A stretch of DNA of 64,000 nt from Octopus sinensis. Taxonomy: Eukaryota. The stretch is taken from assembly GCF_006345805.1 (NCBI RefSeq), contig NC_043000.1:124372001-124436000 (forward strand). The letters are read 5' to 3'. A program made the position numbers and the translations under genes. Under the pieces are notes generated by a model, which was not told the origin of the DNA, made no database searches, and was given only the letters and a program-made list of their open reading frames with translations. Positions 52,534 to 64,000 of the stretch are shown in pieces (the first letter of the stretch is position 1; each line of letters opens with the position of its first letter).

Positions 52534-53793
52534 ATGTGTGTGTGTGTGTGGGTGTGTGTGTGTGTGTGTGTGTGTATGTTTGTGTGTCTGTGTTTGTCCC
52601 CCCAACATTGCTTGACAACCGATGCTGGTGTGTTTACGTCCCCGTAACTTAGTAGTTCGGCAAAAAAGACCGATAGAATAAGTACTAGGCTTACAGAGAA
52701 TAAGTCCTGGGGTTGATTTGCACGACTAAAGGCAGTGCTCCAGCATGGCCACAGTCAAATGACTGAAACAAGTAAAAGCGTAAAAGAGTATATGAGTGTG
52801 TTTGTACATGTATGTGTGTGTGCGTGTGTGCATGCATGCATGTGTGTGTGCATGCATATATGTGCTTCTGTATTAGCAATTCACCAAAAATCACTCACCC
52901 ATAAGAGTTGACTTGGTTATTGTTTCCTCTGTCAACAAATCACCATCTGGTTTTGTGCATTCAAAGACATGTGAAATAAGAAATCTGTTACTTGAAAAGC
53001 AAGGGTGAGTGATAGAAAGAGCATGTAGCTGCTAAATAATTCCTCAGTAATGCATTCCTCTAACCTTTGCCAGCATGGAAAAATGGATGTTACAGGTTCA
53101 GAAATGTGGGAGTACCATGATCTCAAGTGCAAGCAAAAGATCTCCAAAATGTCTAATCCCATTCTCTACATATCTGGTTTCATATCAGGGTGACCTTTGC
53201 CCGGAGACATCTTTTGACAAAAGCTGAGAAGAGTCTCACTCCCAGTGGTCATCCAGCATGCTAGACACTAACCCAGAATTTCTGAGTGATTGTGCTATTG
53301 ACAGATAGTCGTTGAGTCTACACTCAGTTCATCTGTCCTTTTGACAAGCCTTGGTTTTAGTCCTGCTGAGTTTCTAGCCTGTTAGGAGTGCTGGTTTAAC
53401 CACTGATGAACTGACCATACAACAGGCTGAACTGGACATCATGTTACCAGTAGCACTCATAAGAAACCACACAAGTGACCAGACATGTATGTATGTATGT
53501 ATGTATGTAGATATGTATGTATGTAGATATATATGTATATATATATGTATGTATGTAGATATATATGTATGTATGTAGATATATATGTATGTATGTATGT
53601 AGATATATATGTATGTATGTATGTATCTATGTAGATATGTATGTATGTAGATATATATGTATATATATATATATATGTATGTAGATATATATGTATGTAT
53701 GTAGATATGTATGTATGTATGTAATAAAACATAGCTAAGCTAATGGGATAATCCTTAATAATACTAGTTAAAACTGGAGTGTAACTGTTTCCT

Positions 53794-53828
<35 letters not shown>

Positions 53829-54104
53829 CATGGCATTGCATCATATTGAACTAATAAGAGAGGAGTGCCCACTATATGCTGTAGAAGATATGGTTCTTTT
53901 TTTTATTATTGAAGCAGGAACATGATTGTTTTGTAACATGAGTTTTAGTGGCGTGAAACTCAAGCTGTTAGCTAAACTCTCGCTATCTTCAACAAAAAGC
54001 CACGTACATACATACATACATACATATATACACACACATACATACATACACACACAAACACACATACATACATACATACATGTTATTTGACAATAAACAA
54101 CCCT

Positions 54105-54336
54105 TATTTCTTTATTGCCCACAAGGGGCTAAACATAGAAGGGACAAACAAAGGGATTAAGTTGATTACATCGACCCCAGTGTGTAACTGGTACTTAATT
54201 TATCGATCCTGAAAGGATGAAAGGCAAAGTCGACCGTGGCAGAATTTGAACTCAGAAGGTAACGGCAGACGAAATACCGCTAAGCATTTCACCCGGTGTG
54301 CTAACGTTTCTGCCAGCTCGCCACTGTATGCTAGAA
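54105..54336 (-). mobile_element. SINE family A copy with 18-bp TSD
   Basis: Reverse complement of the family A consensus; TTGACAATAAACAACCCT at 54087-54104 and 54337-54354. Confidence 0.8.
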
Positions 54337-54366
54337 TTGACAATAAACAACCCTAACATACATTAT

Positions 54367-54993
54367 ATATGAATAAAAAATGGAGTTAACACAGGTGTAA
54401 TCAAATATTTTTACTTTCGACACATGTTTCGAAAATTCCACTGATACTATTCAAAAGAATAAATGGTATAAACAATGCAATCTTCTCCTCAGAGAAAATT
54501 TTCTACATAGATTCTGCTCAGTCTAATTGTAAATTCAATAATGTAGATAAGATTTCTAGTCGTAAAAGAATTATTGATAACAAACATAACTTACGCACCG
54601 ATACAAAGCTAATGAACGCAGATAACCCTTATTTAATCCCCTATTATCGATCTAAAAGTAGTCTCTATCATTATATATAATTTAAACTTTAATTTCCTTT
54701 ATATTTAACATTCACTATTAATATCCCTACTCTTTCTGTTAGCTACTTATGACGTTATATCATATAACGTTTTTTTAAACAATATTAATAGCGTTCTGTC
54801 TATCGCTATACAAATCCATCATTTTTTGCTAAAATGTCTTATTGACGAGTTTCGTTTTTTCACTTTCCTGAAGAGAAGATTGCATTGTTTATACCGTTTA
54901 TTCTTTTGAATAGTATCAGTGGAATTTTCGAAACATGTGTCGAAAGTAAAAATATTTGATTACACCTGCGTTAATTCCATTTTTTATTCATAT
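54367..54993. repeat. Foldback element, arms about 125 bp, spacer about 375 bp
   Basis: atatgaataaaaaatggagttaacacaggtg... versus ...cacctgcgttaattccattttttattcatat. Confidence 0.88.
54862..54947 (+). ncRNA. Type I hammerhead ribozyme candidate with canonical core
   Basis: actttc-CTGAAGA-[GAAGATT...AATTTTC stem II]-GAAA-catgtg-TC-gaaagt; stem I ACTTTC/GAAAGT, G10.1-C11.1, GUC cleavage triplet at 54939-54941. Confidence 0.72.
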
Positions 54994-55133
54994 TATTCAA
55001 AATATTCAACGTAAACATGAAGTTTCTACCTTTATAAACAAGGAGTTACAACACCTTTACTTGTGAGATTTTTGCTGCCCTGGTAACTATTTATATATTT
55101 TTCCGTGTTAATTGTTAACAAGGTAAAAATACA

Positions 55134-55168
<35 letters not shown>

Positions 55169-55284
55169 TAATCATTAAGTTTCTAGTTTAATAATAGAGT
55201 TTTTTTACAAGAAAATTTATTATATTATTTATTTCTTAAAAAATGTTTAAATATTTTTGATTATTTATTAAAATATTACAATTA

Positions 55285-55377
55285 ACCTGAAGATTGACTG
55301 TAAACATAACTCGAATTATTAATTGAATTTAAATTATTGTTATTCGAATTGGTTACAGGCATGAAACGATCGTAGTG
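55285..55377 (+). ncRNA. Hammerhead-like motif, intact core, weak stem I
   Basis: CTGAAGA (55287-55293), CTGTAA/TTACAG stem II, GAAA-cgatcg-TA with palindrome ACGATCGT; stem I only about 2 bp. Confidence 0.42.
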
Positions 55378-55789
55378 TTTTTACTCTTTATCTTATTAAA
55401 CTTTTAATACTTTTTGATAGTTTATAAAAAAATAAATAAATATAAAAATATATAAAAAAAATAAAAAATATAAATAAAAATAAAAAATTAAATTAAATAA
55501 AATAATAATAAAAAATATATATATATTTATAATTTATAAGTTTAAATTATTAATTTAAATAATTTTTTAAAATTTTTAACTTTAATTTAAATATTTTAAT
55601 TGGATTTTTATATTTTATATTTTTTATATATTTTTTAATTAATTTTATTTCTATGTATTGGCTTATGATTTTCACTGTTTGATTTGCCTAGTAGTGGTTT
55701 TATCTCTAATTTAATATAATGATTTTGATTTTTCCAGTTTCAGCTCATGAGCTGTGGCCATGCTGGGGCACCCCATTTGGTTTGCTACA

Positions 55790-57430
55790 TGATTTTACCT
55801 CACGAATGCTTTTTAGCAACTGCCATTTGGTGCATGAGAGAGTTCGATGCAGCTGCCCTCATCTGCCCCTCCTGCTGTGAAGTTGGTTCATCCGGGACAC
55901 CTGACAGGAAGAGATCCAGTCCTACTTTAAAGACATCCGCATCTACACCATGCAGGTCCCTCAGGTTCTTCAGGAGGATATTGAAGAGCTGTGGGCCTCT
56001 GAAGCCCAGGCTATCACAGTATCTTGTCCTACATCTTGATGGCAAATTTGGAGTCCTTGGTACCACGCAGTGGCGCCTGGTTCTGGCATTTGTGTGACTC
56101 TCGATGCCAAAATTTGGGACAAGTCCTTCCAGGATCTTCCAGATATATATTATGGCATATCTTTCTTGCCTTCGCTCCAAGGAATTGAGTTTTAATCTCT
56201 TGAGTCTTTCCCAGTAGCTTATATGCTGCACAGAGGCTATCTTCTTCATGTAGCTTCATTGGATCGCCTCAAGTTCTGTGATCAACTTGACACTGGATGG
56301 TGACCATAGCTGACAGCAATAGTCAAAGTGGCTTAGGACAAGTGTCTTCCAGAGGACCATCATGGTTTCTTGTTCTCTTGTTCTAAAGGTTCTAAGAATC
56401 CATCTGGCCAGCCGTCTACATTTCATTGCCAGTTTAGCAACATGTACATGAAAGGTTGCATCATCACTCATGTGAATATCCAGGTCACGCACTGATTGTG
56501 CCTCTGGGATTGCAATCCCTCCGGGTCCAGTGTATTCATTGGGTATTGCATTCAGTTTTGCATGCTGATAGCATAAAGCTTGAAACTTTTCAGCATTGAA
56601 CTGCATGCTATTCTTTTCAGCCTACTTGTACATTTTGTCCAGCTCACATTGCAGGTGCTTAGTGTCTTCAGGGTTCTGTATTGCCTGTGAAACTTTTGTA
56701 TCATCTGCATAACTTGTGATCGTGGCTCTCTGCGTGGCTGAGGGCATGTCTGAGAGGGCCATTATGAACAGTAGTGGTCCCAAAACAGTGCCCTGCGGAA
56801 CACCGCTCACTATTTGCGTGTTAATGGAGGTGGCCCCATTGGCTACTACCACCTGACTTCTATCCTTCAGAAAGTCATGAAGCCATTCTCCCAATTTTCC
56901 AACTATGTCAAGATCACGCAGTTTGTGACATATCATTCCATGATCGACTTTATCAAAGGCCTTTGCAAAGTCGAGATATATCACTTCCACATTTGAGTGG
57001 TTGAGCAGTCGTTTCAGCACCCAGTCATAGTGTTATAGGAGCTGAGTTAAGCAGCTTCTTCCTGGTCGGAAACCATGCTGGGTGTCAGGCAGCAAGTCAT
57101 TTTCTTCAAGGAAGGTGATTAGTTTCCTTCTGACTATTCATTCCATGACCTTGCTGATGTGTGAGGTCAGAGAGATAGGTCTGTAGTTCTTGGCCTCTGC
57201 TCTGCTACCTCCTTTATGAATAGGGCAGTTTTCTTGGAAGTTTGCCAGTTGCAAGGAAGCTCTGAAAGAGAGACTGCAGTGGTCTTGCTAGGACTCTCTT
57301 ACATACTTTTAGAAGGATTGCCGGGAATCCATCGGGGCCAGTAGCTGAGTCTGTTTTCATCTCATCTATAGCCTTTATTACATCGTCTTCCTTTATATTG
57401 ATGTAATCAATCATCGCCACCTCTGACCCC
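55790..57430 (-). mobile_element. CR1/L2-type LINE reverse transcriptase remnant
   Basis: VIYLDFAKAFDKVDH, SGVPQGTVLGPLLF, YADDTK, FNAEKF, FDYCCQLWSP, SYWERLKRLKLNSLERR, spread over stop- and frameshift-broken ORFs. Confidence 0.88.
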
Positions 57431-57491
57431 ATATCTGCAGTGGTGAAGAGGTCAGTTGGATTGCTGATTTGGAAATGCCCAAGGGGAAATG

Positions 57492-57548
<57 letters not shown>

Positions 57549-58894
57549 GTGTGCATGTATGTGTATATAATAGAGCTCTTCTACGAGAACCTGTATTACT
57601 TCAACCTCTTTCCTCACACTTTAACCCTCCATCTAACATATATGCAACATCCTACCTCCCTGGGTTTGTTGGTTTGCGAGCTACATGGTAACCTCAATAG
57701 TAGCAGTGACATGTAAAAACCACCCAGTATACAATGGAAAGCAGTTGGTGTTAGGGAAGACATCCAACCACAGAAATTCTACCACAACACACACTGAAGC
57801 AGGATGTAGTCCTTTGACTCATCAGATCTTTGTCAAACTGTTCAATCCATGGAACGCAGAAGTTAAATGATGATTTTATATATATATAGAATTATGTAGG
57901 TAGAGTTAAAATCCAATCAGTGTCCTTTTGAAGCACATCTACTTATTCAAATATTACAATCCAGTATGCAGTTGTTGTTGCTGTATTGATGTGAGGCATG
58001 TAATATTTGGTTCTCTATCTGAAGAATTTCTAATAGGAAATTTTCTTACATGTTTATCCAACATGTAATGTTCAATTTTGTGATTCCTATAAGTAAATGA
58101 AACATATGTAATGGTAAATAAATAATACCAAAAATTTTCCAGATTCCTGTTTTATAAACACACACACACACACACATATATCATATACAGCAGGCTTCTG
58201 CAGTTTCCATCTACCAAATTTTACTCATGAAGAATTAGTCAGTTTGAAGTTATGGTCAAAAACATTTGCTCAAGTTACCAAAATGTGGGATCAAAATTCT
58301 TAGCTACACAGCCAAATTTGCATCTATATTCATTAGAATGTTTCACAGCAAAGTAAAAGAGAAAATGAATACACAAGAGAAACCAAATATATATTTGCAG
58401 AAACTAAAATCATGTAAAAGATCATGAGGTAGGTTTTCCAACTGAGCTAGTGAAAAATATTACAGTAAAGCTGTGTTACATTTTCTGTTTTTTGTTTTTT
58501 CTGATTCATAAAATGTCACTTCATTTCTTAACAAAGATGAGATAAATATCTCTTTATTTTTTCCTTACAGTTAACAATACCAGCACATATATAAATATAA
58601 CAAAGTATTTAAACATTTTTAATGCACATGGAAAAATAAATAAATGAATAAATAAAAGATTTTGTGTGTTAAAAATTTAGTGATTAGAGAGGGAGAGAGA
58701 GAGAGATTGAGAGAAATGGGTTGGGGTGGGAGGATTGTTATAATTGAAATTTTAAGATTAAGTAATGAAGAAGTCCAAATTCAATTATATATATATATAT
58801 ATATAGGGAGGGTTTACGAAAAAAAACAAAAGACAAAGACAGGTGGTGTACAAAACAAACAGATGTATTAGTATAACACTCAGGAATAGAAAAA

Positions 58895-58936
58895 GTCCTT
58901 TACGTTTCGAGCCTATGCTCTTCTACAGAAAGGGAC
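58895..58936 (-). ncRNA. Hammerhead-like motif with A6U core change
   Basis: Minus strand: gtcccttt-CTGTAGA-a-GAGC atag GCTC-GAAA-cg-TA-aaggac. Confidence 0.38.
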
Positions 58937-58973
58937 AGAGAAAAAACAAGGAGAGAAAAAAAAGGAAAGAAAA

Positions 58974-59071
<98 letters not shown>

Positions 59072-59822
59072 ATATATATATATATATCAAAATGAATTAT
59101 TCACACAAAAGTAAATGATAGATAACACAGAGGTCTGAAATCTAGTAAATATTCTCAGACAGATACTTTGAGAAACTGCATCCACCTTAGAAGAAAAAAA
59201 AAAGAGTAAATTACTCATATTTCTGAGATAAGGAATTATTATGTATACTGTTTATATTACTTGGAGTGATGCCCTCATCTTGATGGTTGCCATCACCACA
59301 TTTCAGTTGGGTACACTCCAGCCTTCTTCGAGTATCTTGTGAGTCATCTTAGTGCCTTGCTTGAGACTGAACTCAAAACCCCTAGGTGACTGTACAACAT
59401 TAACCAGTGCCTTTATCCACTACACTACAGCATAGCTATGGGCATTGGTTAAGCTATGGGCATCTGAGTTCAATCCCATGCCCGAGTGTACACAGCCAAA
59501 ACATAAAAGCAACAAGATGGCGATACCATTCTGACTAATGTAAACAGTCTACATACGTTACTGTTAATTGGTATAATTCAATAATACAGTAAATTTATCA
59601 GTCTTCTAAAAAAAAAGGCCTCTAAAGATAGCATTTCAAATTTCAGAACTTTTTAATTCTATGGTATTGTAGAAGGTTCAGTGCTTTTTATCATAACAAC
59701 ATAATAATATTGATATACAGATCGGTGTATTTAGAACAAGCCTATAAAATTATATTTATCTGGAGTATCAAAAATGTAGAAGTATAAAAAAAACAGTAAT
59801 AAATAAGAGCAAGAAAGTACAC

Positions 59823-60036
59823 TAACCCTTTCATTGCCATATTTCTGTTTGGATGTTCTGTGTTTCTTTCAATTAATTTCAAATATAACAAAAAAATTAG
59901 TAAAATAACTTAGTTATCATTGAGCTAGTGTTAGGAGCATTAATTGTGATTAAGGTTTGGTGGAAAATTTTAATTCAAAACTTATGAAAACAACACATTT
60001 GTACTACAGAGCCAGAGGTGGTATTGATAGGGTTAA
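59823..60036. mobile_element. piggyBac-like MITE
   Basis: Ends taaCCCTTTCATTGCC ... GGTATTGATAGGGttaa. Confidence 0.5.
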
Positions 60037-62451
60037 TGTTTTCATTATCAGTCGAGACTAACATTTTCTGACTCCATTAATGTTTTTAAGTTAAAGCATT
60101 GATCATCACAATCTTATTTCCCTCCCTTACAATAAATAAAAAATTACTATTAGGCAAATTTGATCTTTAGTAGGATTGGAACTTTAAGTTCTGAATTCAA
60201 ATCCTACTTTGCCTTTCATTACTCCTGGGTCATTAAACTAGGGGTCAATGTAGGCAACAACACCCCACCCTCAAATTGTTGGCTTTCTTCCTAGGTTAAA
60301 ACAGCTTTTATTTTTGGTAGAAGTAGTGGGGTTGGTGGTGATAGCAGCAAAGTAAAAGAAAGAAAAAAATGCAGCAGTTCAAGAGGTGATGGTTGAAAGT
60401 GAAGAGAGGCAACTGAGATGTTTTTCACTAACTAGTTTGGTACATCATTGTTCTAAGTCTAACTGCCACCACAGGTTACATTCTGGGGTCAATTAAATAC
60501 TTAATGTCTACAATTTGCACAAAACTGGATTTTGGAATATGTCACAAGAACTTAACACAAATAACACTGTTGATGATTACAACAGAATATATTTTATCAA
60601 GAAACAAAAGAGAGTCTGTTAATTACAAAAAGCAAAATATTTACAAAAAAAAATAAATAAATAAATTCATTTATTATGATTGCAATTGTCATCATCAGTA
60701 CGTCATCATCTGCACAGATGAATTACCCAATATTATATGTTGGGACTTGTGCTATATGGCTTGTACCATATTTAATATCTACTTATTTATTGTCAGTCTT
60801 ACTAGGATCAGATAGTCTTTTTTCAGACTGGTTAAGAAGACATTGCATGTAAGAAGCACCAGCCATCTTCAACCAAACAACACATCCCCCCACCAAAAAA
60901 AAAGTTTTGTATCAGATAAATGATTAGTCAGAATGTCACGGTGCTGGATATACATCCTGTCTTAGAAATTTTTTAAAATTATGCTGTCTTAACCAGAATG
61001 TGGATATAAAGTGATATTAGGAAACAGAAAAATGAAACAAATCGAAATGTTGTACAACCTAATAAATGAAACCAGTAAAAGAATAAAATAATAATAAAAA
61101 TAATTTCAAATTTTGGCACAAGGCCTGCAATTTCAGAGGAGGTGATTAAGTCAATTACATTGACATCAGTGATCAACTGGTACTTATTTAATCAACCCTG
61201 AAATTTAGTGAAATTTGAACATAGAACATGAAGGTGGATGAAAGCATTTTGCTCAACGTGCTAACGATTCTGCCAGTTCACTGCCTTAATATTATAATTA
61301 ATAATAATATGTAATTGTACCAAGTCTTATAATTTGCAGAAAGAGACCCTGTGAGGCCTTTGACAATAGGATGCTGACTGCTCCCACAGATTTAACCAGA
61401 GCAATTAAGATCAAGAACTCTGAGAAGTAATATATAATAATAGTAAAAATAACAACAAAAAGGATTAATTTTTAGTGAAATTGTAAATTATTACTAGCCA
61501 CAGCCATGAAATATCAAAGCAATGAATACAAACATACTATAATATTGATGAAATATAATTTTTTTTATTAATTAATTATGAATTATATAATATAAAAAGT
61601 ACTTAAATTTAATAAATACAGAGTAAACAAAAGTTGGAAGAAATAAAGATATTTGTGTTTAAAGTGTGATGGGAGGAGGGGAGGAGCAGAGAAGAAGAAG
61701 GAAAAAGCCAAAACTGAAACTAAAGTCGAACAGTTTTAATTACTTTCATTTATTACTCATTCATTCTCTTTCAATAAATATATTTAAATGAATTTAATAA
61801 TTCATTAATTTTAAAATTAGATTTCCCTAAATATCAATATATAGAAACCAGTTTTAAGCCTTGGGAAAACATTAAAAAAAAAAATGATTAACAATAGTTT
61901 ATTATGTCTGTTGTGCAGTTTGAGAAAGAAATCTCAGCGATAAAATACATAGCAGTTTAAGCAAACGTATTGCAGGAAAGCTCACCATTCCCATATAATT
62001 AAAACACATAATTTACATACATTAAAAAAAAAAGGTTTGTTAGTATATTTCTGTACAAACACACAATCATACACTTATTCAAGAGACACATTATTAGTAG
62101 GTATTATGAATTACATAACATTAACACCCGACTATTGTTTCATTTTTATATTTTACATCCATAGTCCACTAAAGCCAAAACAAAACATTGATATTTAACA
62201 AAGAAACAAAAGAAAGAAATTGATGAAAATGGTAAATTTGCTGTAAGACTTTTAGATCAACAGAAAAAAAATTTCATATTCACATATTTATTAATGGTAG
62301 CTTATTTAGAGGGGAAAAAAATCATTGATTGTGCATATGCAAAATATTTGACAAAATGGCAACTGATAGAGAGCACTCGCTGCATAAGAATTGCGAGAAC
62401 GAGAGAGGTAATGGCAGATGAAATGGGATCTAAAAGAAGTAAATTACTTAC

Positions 62452-62560
62452 AAGTTGTATTCTGGAATGACATAGAACACCCAAGTCTATTTTCTTAGTG
62501 TTTGGTTTAAAACATTTCGAATTTTCACAAGAACATTTATCACCAGGAATTTTTCTATAT
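62452..62560 (-). CDS. SORT1: Sortilin, next 10CC exon
   Basis: ttgcag|A acceptor joins in frame; GYRKIPGDKCSCENSKCFKPNTKKIDLGVLCHSRIQL contains the GYRKIPGDKC signature; donor CTT|gtaagt; 109 nt. Confidence 0.88.
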
Positions 62561-63214
62561 CTGCAAGAAATGGAAACAAAAACGGCTTTACATTTAAGAA
62601 AGACATATCTTTTTTATTTTTTACTTGTTTCAGTCTGCAGCCATGCTGGGGCACCACCTTAAAGGATCTTAGTCAAATGAATCAACCTCAGTACTTCTTT
62701 TTTCTAAAGCCTGATATTATTCTATCAGTCTCTTTTGCTGAACTAAGATAAAGGCACATAAACATCAATGCCAGTTGTCAAGTGGTAGATGGGGACAAAC
62801 ACACACACAAACATACAATAAACTTCTTTCAGTTCCTGTGTACCAAATTCACTCACAAGGCTTTGGTTGGCCTGAGGCTATAGTAGAAGACACCTGCTCA
62901 AAGTTCCTTTCAATGGGACTGAACCCAGACCATGGCGCTGGGAAGCAAGCTTCTTACCACACAGCTATGCCTGAAGAGTATATTTTATAGTATCTGATTT
63001 AATCCTTTAATAGTCAGCTCTGTCAAATGAAAAGCTTACTTATTCACATTGTTTTGAATTAATCATGCATTATCTCATGGTTACAATATCTTGATGATGT
63101 GATTCTTAATTTTCTAGAATGATATTGTAGGGCAGGTGTGCAAGGCTGGATCTGACTGCTTTGAACATAGAACATGGAAAATATTTTGGCTGGATGTGGC
63201 CAGTTTAAACTTAC

Positions 63215-63325
63215 CCTTCACTAACTATTTTCTCTTCATGACCTCGTATACATATATCTATATCCCGACCAACTGGAACACCTCGCTTGCAATTCTGATT
63301 CATATCAGCTTCATAACCATAGTCA
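63215..63325 (-). CDS. SORT1: Sortilin (Vps10p-domain receptor), 10CC-region exon
   Basis: ttctag| acceptor; CDYGYEADMNQNCKRGVPVGRDIDICIRGHEEKIVSEG resembles sortilin CDFGY...DLEFCLYGREEHLTTNG; donor GG|gtaagt; 111 nt; not in ORF track. Confidence 0.87.
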
Positions 63326-64000
63326 CTAGAATAAAATAAAATATATAATATTCATAAATGATGGTAATGCAGGACACAGATGTGTTATTGTTGATTACTG
63401 ATGTGTTCTAAAGCTACAGTATTGGTTTCTACAACAAGAATTAAACTATCATTCAAGACAAGATTCTTTGTAATAGTATCATCTCTATGGTCTGTATCTT
63501 GGAAGAAATTCAAACAGAATCTTTTCTTTTTTTCTATAATTTTTATTTTAATTTTACTGTTATCAATGGAGAATGGAGTAAGTGGAGCAAGAACACATTT
63601 AAATGAAAAATGTTGGTGAAGAGGTCACAGATGTGTGACGAAAGATTTGTGGACAATGGACATGAGCTAAAATAATACAATAAAAACAGTAATAAACGAG
63701 TGAAGAAAAAAAATATATAGTGCATGTGTTTATTTGGTAAAAAAAAAAAGGGAAATGACCATCACAAAATACAATGTGCACATCGATATGCATAGTAAAT
63801 CCCTACAGTCCTTCTAAACTTCCCTCAGGTTGGGTAACCATATATCTCCTTTGCAGCAGCACATCTGTTTCTGTCCTCATTGCTAATCTCTCTCTCTCTG
63901 GCCAGGTAACCTGTTTCTGTCTCTCTCTGTCTCACTATAACCTTTCATCATCTGACACAAGATCATCTCCTCCAATGCCCCCTACCCATTCAAAAGATTT

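Noticed and set aside
58050-58086. Possible 37-nt minus exon (RNHKIEHYMLDKH) for the sortilin tail
   Set aside because: Good splice signals but no convincing similarity, and no transmembrane exon found upstream.
59307-59345. LACTB2 exon 4 candidate (tttcag|...TACACTCCA)
   Set aside because: YTP is in the wrong phase for the exon 3 donor and is not followed by GH..DH.
60670-60710. Minus-strand DDDVLMMT as a sortilin acidic C-terminus; also the exon-like stretch at 61320-61420
   Set aside because: The frame runs on into T-rich sequence, phases do not fit, and the resemblance is likely chance.

Overview
AT-rich, repeat-dense eukaryotic genomic DNA, almost certainly from an octopus/cephalopod (inferred from the repeat landscape and gene sequences, not from a search). 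It contains parts of three intron-containing genes: ADPGK (minus, exons 1-4, start at 19294), LACTB2 (plus, exons 1-3, start at 30879, divergent from ADPGK) and SORT1 (minus, two 10CC-region exons near the right end). The remaining exons of LACTB2 and SORT1 could not be found; the two genes converge on a 100-N gap at 48101-48200. Most of the window is decayed mobile DNA: RTE and CR1/L2-like LINEs, a frameshifted Penelope-like element, mariner/pogo relics, Helitron-like elements, MITEs, several tRNA-derived SINE families and microsatellites. Most listed ORFs are repeat artefacts. The main unexplained structure is about a dozen type I hammerhead-ribozyme-like motifs with different self-complementary stem III sequences. 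Several sit in long foldback elements, and one sits in a 446-nt terminally redundant, retrozyme-like unit. All folding was done by eye; no activity or database evidence is available.
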